Part shown: in pieces, positions 38,524 to 42,628 of the stretch
Numbering within the stretch: position 1 is the stretch's first letter
Layout: each line of letters starts with the position of its first letter
NCBI GenBank assembly: GCA_043802315.1
Contig: JAZDLE010000028.1
Span: 1-42,628 of the forward strand
Direction: 5' to 3'
DNA from: Nitrospirota bacterium
GTDB lineage: Bacteria; Nitrospirota; Thermodesulfovibrionia; Thermodesulfovibrionales; SM23-35
DNA: 42,628 bases
Position numbers and translations under genes: made by a program
The notes under the pieces: model-generated
Databases searched by the model: none
Seen by the model: the letters and a program-made list of their open reading frames with translations, nothing else
What the model was told of the DNA's origin: nothing

Positions 38524-38609
38524 AGATAACGTTCAAGAGTTTGTGAAGTGCCCGAAGGGCATTTGGGCGAAAGTGCATCAGCACTGAAGCCACAAACTCT
38601 GTGTTAGAT
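38524..38609 (-). mobile_element. Integron attC-like recombination site
   Basis: Minus strand starts ATCTAAC (RYYYAAC) 15 bp after a stop codon, has arms GAGTTTGTG / CACAAACTC and ends GTTATCT; 86 bp. Confidence 0.7.
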
Positions 38610-38624
38610 GAAGCTCCAGCCTGA

Positions 38625-39560
38625 TTATTCAAGCTCTTTTAACTCTCCTGTTTCAATATCATATAAGCCAAACTTACTTTCCCCTGGTATTTCCTTTAAT
38701 GAAGCAGTAGAAATAGAGATTGTTACGTCCTCAAATTTTGAGGCCTTTTCTGAAATATGTTTTCCTCTATAGGCCAGGCCTTTAAATGCAGGACTGAAAA
38801 ATACACCTTCAACAAAAAATTCCTCGTTGTTTCTGTTGATGTTCAAACCTTTTGAGCCCGGCATTATGACTTTCCGAAAACGATTAATATCCATTTGGAA
38901 ACCTATTTCTGACTCAAAAGAGAGGTCGGCTGGTGGTTCAGATAAGGAATCCAATATTTGCTCTAATGCTGCTATTGTTTCAGAGTTTATATCTAAACTC
39001 TCATCATGTTGAGCCAATTCAACTGCTTTCCCCACAACCTGTTTCAATGTCTGTTCCTCTAAGATACGACTTGACAGTCTTAAACTCCCGTAGGTTTGGT
39101 CGTATATACAAACGAATCTATCTCCTTCATTGATTGTCCCACTTTTCACTCTATGTTTATCGATGGCGAAATGGATATCTCGTCTTTCAAATGGAATGAC
39201 CATTAGAAAGGCTTCAAACAAAAGATTAGCAATAACATCACAGCGAACCTTCAGGCTATTGAATATTGGATGGGTAAGAACTACCCCTGTGGTAAAATAG
39301 TTTCTTGTAAATCGGGATTGGTCAAAGTAGCAGCCTAATGAAGGATCAAGAGGGTAATTTATAGTCAACTCGTTAGGTCCGCGCCGCTCTTTAAACCCAA
39401 CAATAGCCTCTCTTATTTGCAGATTGCATTCTACAGCAATAAGGTCACCGTATTTCTTGCTTGTGTACACATTCCCTGAAGTAAAATTGGGGCCAGAGAG
39501 CCCAGTGTTTGTATCGCCAAGTATTTCGCATGCGTGATTAATAAAAGCTGTAGGAACCAT
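38625..39560 (-). pseudogene. Probable chimeric/truncated cassette gene: short foreign N-terminus fused to a DUF1998-like C-terminal region of a DEAD/DEAH helicase
   Basis: No helicase ATPase motifs. TTGV...H, ..DI and IYDQTYGSLRLS resemble DUF1998-type helicase C-termini; the first ~24 aa look unrelated. Recognised by eye. Confidence 0.5.
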
Positions 39561-39606
39561 TTAACCTCTTCTAATTTATTGCTAACGGTAAAATCAGAGG
39601 TGCGGT

Positions 39607-40806
39607 TTACTGCTTCTGCTGGAATGTTTTGTAAATCTCCTCGTCAATTGATCCTGGAATAATATAACTCCAATCCCTATTGCTGGAGTATGAGTGTGAA
39701 TCTATTATGTTTCCTTCTATGTCATAATCAACGACTGCCATAATACGTATCTTTTTCCCAAAACAATTTATCTCAAATAACTCTTTTCTATAACCGTAAT
39801 GCTCATAGTTTGTTGGTAAACTTTCCTCTGATAAACCTTTTTCTTTTATTTCCCTCTCTTGATACTCTCTGCGCGGATACTTTTCTACCCATATCTTAAC
39901 AATGTCTTTACCTGGGAACATTATGCTATTTGGAAAAAAGTAATAAATGGCATCCTCTGTCGCTCCAATTTCTACTATTTCATATGGATGGTGAACCTCA
40001 CCAAATTGTGGTCTTATAATCATCTTCCCTGTTTTATTAATAAACCCCCATTTTTCACCTACCTTAACTGCTGCAACTTCTTCAGCGAAAGGATGAGCAT
40101 CATTGTATTGCGGATTAATTATTACTTTTCCAGTTTTATCAATAAAGCCAAACTTTTCCGCAATCTTAACCCTTGCCAAGCCCTCGGAAAATACATTTAA
40201 AACGTGATCGTCAGTTGTGTCAAATTTAGGGGTAATAACATAATTTCCTGTTTTATCAATATAACCCCACTTTTTACCATCTATGCTTACTTCAGCCAGC
40301 CCTTCTGCAAAATGCCAAGCATATTTAAATTTTATGTCAATAACTATATCCCCTATTTTATTTATGTATCCCCACTTACCACCTTCAATGCACTCCCATG
40401 TTTCAACTATATCCCAGCAAGGTCTTTTGAGAGGTTTACCACCAATGTTTACCAACGCCAAGCCTTCCCTAAAGTTACAAGCAAAATCAAATTTCGGTTT
40501 GATGATTATTTGACCCGTTTTGTCAATAAAGCCCCATTTCCCACTAACACTCACCGCTACCATCCCTTCCCGGAATGGAGACCAGGGTACCCCACAATAA
40601 TTATCAAACTTTGGCTCAATTACTATTTTCTTGGTTGAAACATCTTGAAAACCCCACTTCTCGCCAACATTTATTGGTTCCAGATCTTGTTGTCCTACTT
40701 TTCCTGCTTTCACCCCTTGTCTTTCTGTTCTGCTACAACTAATAATAAGTAACCCAATAACAATAAGAATAAAAACAAACTTAGCCAATGATAATTTATC
40801 ACTCAT
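39607..40806 (-). CDS. WG-repeat (WG_beta_rep) lipoprotein with C-terminal surface-adhesin-E-like domain
   Basis: Lipobox IIS-C; repeated KWG(F/Y)IDKTG..II.PKF...F.EG units; C-terminal E.NC..KKIRI....YD..G...W..I.PGS. Confidence 0.85.
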   Translation of the reverse strand: MSDKLSLAKFVFILIVIGLLIISCSRTERQGVKAGKVGQQDLEPINVGEKWGFQDVSTKKIVIEPKFDNYCGVPWSPFREGMVAVSVSGKWGFIDKTGQIIIKPKFDFACNFREGLALVNIGGKPLKRPCWDIVETWECIEGGKWGYINKIGDIVIDIKFKYAWHFAEGLAEVSIDGKKWGYIDKTGNYVITPKFDTTDDHVLNVFSEGLARVKIAEKFGFIDKTGKVIINPQYNDAHPFAEEVAAVKVGEKWGFINKTGKMIIRPQFGEVHHPYEIVEIGATEDAIYYFFPNSIMFPGKDIVKIWVEKYPRREYQEREIKEKGLSEESLPTNYEHYGYRKELFEINCFGKKIRIMAVVDYDIEGNIIDSHSYSSNRDWSYIIPGSIDEEIYKTFQQKQ

Positions 40807-41028
40807 ATTTTTATTTCGACTAATTAGAGCTGTCTCCTATTTTTTTATTCTTGTCAATTAACGCTTGTAATCTTCATCATTATACCAAATCCGTAACGTG
40901 AGAACTTCAGGAAGTACTTCACGCCGATCACCAAATCTGCAGATCGTTTGTTTCTATGTGGACTATTCATCTTAACGGATGCTCTGATTGATGCGTGCTT
41001 CAGAAAGAAAGTGACATAAAACAAGAAT

Positions 41029-41958
41029 TTAATCGCAACTTAGGGTTACAAATGTCTCAAGGCCCTCGGTCTTTTGAATTTTCTTAGATAGACTTTTAGC
41101 CTTTTCCTTATCGCTGAATTTGCCTATACACACTTTATAAAGTCTTTCATCTTCTTTGGTTACTGAGTGGGTTATATATGCTTTATATCCCTTTTCATAA
41201 AGCTTTGTCGCAAGGGCTTTTGCATAAGAGGCATTTCTGAAACTACCTACTTGAACTGCAAATATAGCCTCTGAAGGTTTCCGAGGTTGTAGAGGTTCCT
41301 CTTTTGTTTCTTTTTTTTCTTCCGCATTAAATGTCGCTGTTACAGTTGTATCTGCATTTATTGTTAGAACACACTGTCCTTTCCCCAAACAACCACCTCC
41401 ACTCCATCCATCAAAAACAGTGCCTGTATCAGGTGTTGCTATAAGTATTATCGAAGTGCCTGGGTAATATACCTCGTCACAATCTGAGCCACAGTTTATT
41501 CCTTCTGGAGAGGAGGTTACGATGCCTGTACATGTTCCATTTTTATTTACATTAAGGGTGTACTGGGATGGCATCTTCTTAATACAAGTCTCGTTAGAAT
41601 GCTCACTTTCATTTTTTGATGTGTCATATGCAATAACAGCAAAACAATAGATACGCCCATCAGGCAGATTATCAACTGGATATGTTGTTACATTCTTAAC
41701 ATCATATGATACTTTATATTTACTTGATTCTATCCCGTAATACACCTTGTAGCCTGCAAGGTCTTCAAGAGGAGTGCCATCTTCGTTTATTGTCGGAGCA
41801 TCCCAGGAGAGCGTGTTTCTATAACCAACAAAAGCCAAATTTGTTGGACTTGAGGGAGGTAAGGTATCTTCGTTGTTAATGCCTGCATGTGAAACCAAAG
41901 GAATTATCAGAACAGCAATTATAAAAATAAAGATGGTTGATACAAAAGATTTAAACAC
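41029..41958 (-). CDS. Exported fibronectin type III + bacterial repeat + SPOR domain protein
   Basis: Signal peptide; LSWD.P...DLAGYKVYYG...AYD...NES (FN3); G.VTS.P.GINCG...ATP..G..F.GWSG (divergent InlB-B repeat); FAVQVGSF (SPOR). Confidence 0.85.
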   Translation of the reverse strand: MFKSFVSTIFIFIIAVLIIPLVSHAGINNEDTLPPSSPTNLAFVGYRNTLSWDAPTINEDGTPLEDLAGYKVYYGIESSKYKVSYDVKNVTTYPVDNLPDGRIYCFAVIAYDTSKNESEHSNETCIKKMPSQYTLNVNKNGTCTGIVTSSPEGINCGSDCDEVYYPGTSIILIATPDTGTVFDGWSGGGCLGKGQCVLTINADTTVTATFNAEEKKETKEEPLQPRKPSEAIFAVQVGSFRNASYAKALATKLYEKGYKAYITHSVTKEDERLYKVCIGKFSDKEKAKSLSKKIQKTEGLETFVTLSCD

Positions 41959-42256
41959 TTTAAATTCTATTCCCTTTTTTTTATGACTAACCCTGTCTGC
42001 AATGAGCGTTTCGAATATACCAGTTATCGATTATTGGTTTTAATCTACAACATTTTAGAAAATTTTGAAAATGAAAACTTCAGGAAGAACTTGATAAGCA
42101 GCCATAGCAATGTGAAGATGTACATTTCCGGGAGAAAACTACACTTTTCAAACAGTGTTTGATTGATGACGTCCTGAAAATGCTATAAACTTCCTTTTGA
42201 ATTTCATATGAGTCTGATATAATTGGTGCAAAATAAAATGGGACTTTTCTTGCACA

Positions 42257-42628
42257 TTGATCAATTTTAACCGAAAGAAATATAAATGTATTTTCTTCGC
42301 CATTTTACTGCTCACTATTCACTTTTCACTATTCACTGATTTTTGTTATGCAAAGGAAGAAACGGTCATAACATCTGAGACGCTTGAGTACTTAGAAGAG
42401 ACATCCACATATGTTGCAAAGGGATCTGTGAAGGTCAGTAGTGAAGATAAGGTTATCGAATCAGATGAGATGACCTATAATGTGCAGACATCTGACGTTA
42501 TTGCTACGGGAAATGTAAGGTATGATGACGCTGAAACAGTATTCACAGCCAGCAAGATGGAGTTAAATCTTGAACGAAAGACAGGAAGGCTTTACGATGC
42601 GGAGATCCTTTTCAAAACAGATAATTAC
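42257..42628 (+). CDS. lptD: LPS-assembly protein LptD, N-terminal part (truncated by the window edge; not in the ORF track)
   Basis: Own translation from TTG 42257: signal peptide, then ITSETLEY...YVAKGSVKV...IESDEMTYN...ATGNV...ASKMELNL...TG.LYDA (OstA-like beta-jellyroll). Confidence 0.75.
   Translation, partial: MINFNRKKYKCIFFAILLLTIHFSLFTDFCYAKEETVITSETLEYLEETSTYVAKGSVKVSSEDKVIESDEMTYNVQTSDVIATGNVRYDDAETVFTASKMELNLERKTGRLYDAEILFKTDNY

Noticed and set aside
39607-41958. Diversity-generating retroelement acting on the paralogous envelope genes
   Set aside because: No reverse transcriptase, and differences between the SPOR tails are not restricted to adenines.
40903-42180. c-di-GMP or c-di-AMP riboswitch calls for the upstream motifs
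   Set aside because: The consensus blocks I know for these riboswitches are not present; kept only as an unassigned motif.
1-42628. tRNA, rRNA, transposase, integrase or prophage genes
   Set aside because: None recognised in the sequence or the ORF track.

Overview
Bacterial chromosomal segment of moderately low GC. Gene content and order suggest an anaerobic Nitrospirota/Thermodesulfovibrionia-like or deltaproteobacteria-like organism (inference). The backbone is housekeeping: glnS, gpsA, larB, a TPP-riboswitch thiS-thiG-thiE-thiC-thiD operon, radA, mutL, dCMP deaminase, a sugar epimerase, folK, dapL, truA, trpB-trpA, accD, folC and the 5' end of lptD. It also carries a VapBC-type toxin-antitoxin pair, two orphan histidine kinases, a GAF/HD-GYP protein plus a metallo-beta-lactamase phosphodiesterase, an orphan MORC-like GHKL ATPase and three modular envelope proteins. 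The most unusual signal is non-coding. The intergenic spaces hold a nested 'shell and cargo' repeat system: two families of short cassettes with conserved ends carry interchangeable REP-like palindromes, one 52-bp cargo sits in both shell types, one cassette is inserted into a third structured ~120-nt repeat, and TC...GA mini-hairpins are inserted into several of them. The same repeats have entered folC in frame. No transposase or integrase is in the window. At 38.3-39.6 kb there is an eroded integron-like cassette cluster (one complete attC-like site, several half sites, one chimeric gene). trpB has no canonical in-frame start codon for its conserved N-terminus. All family assignments come from motif recognition by eye; no database searches were run.
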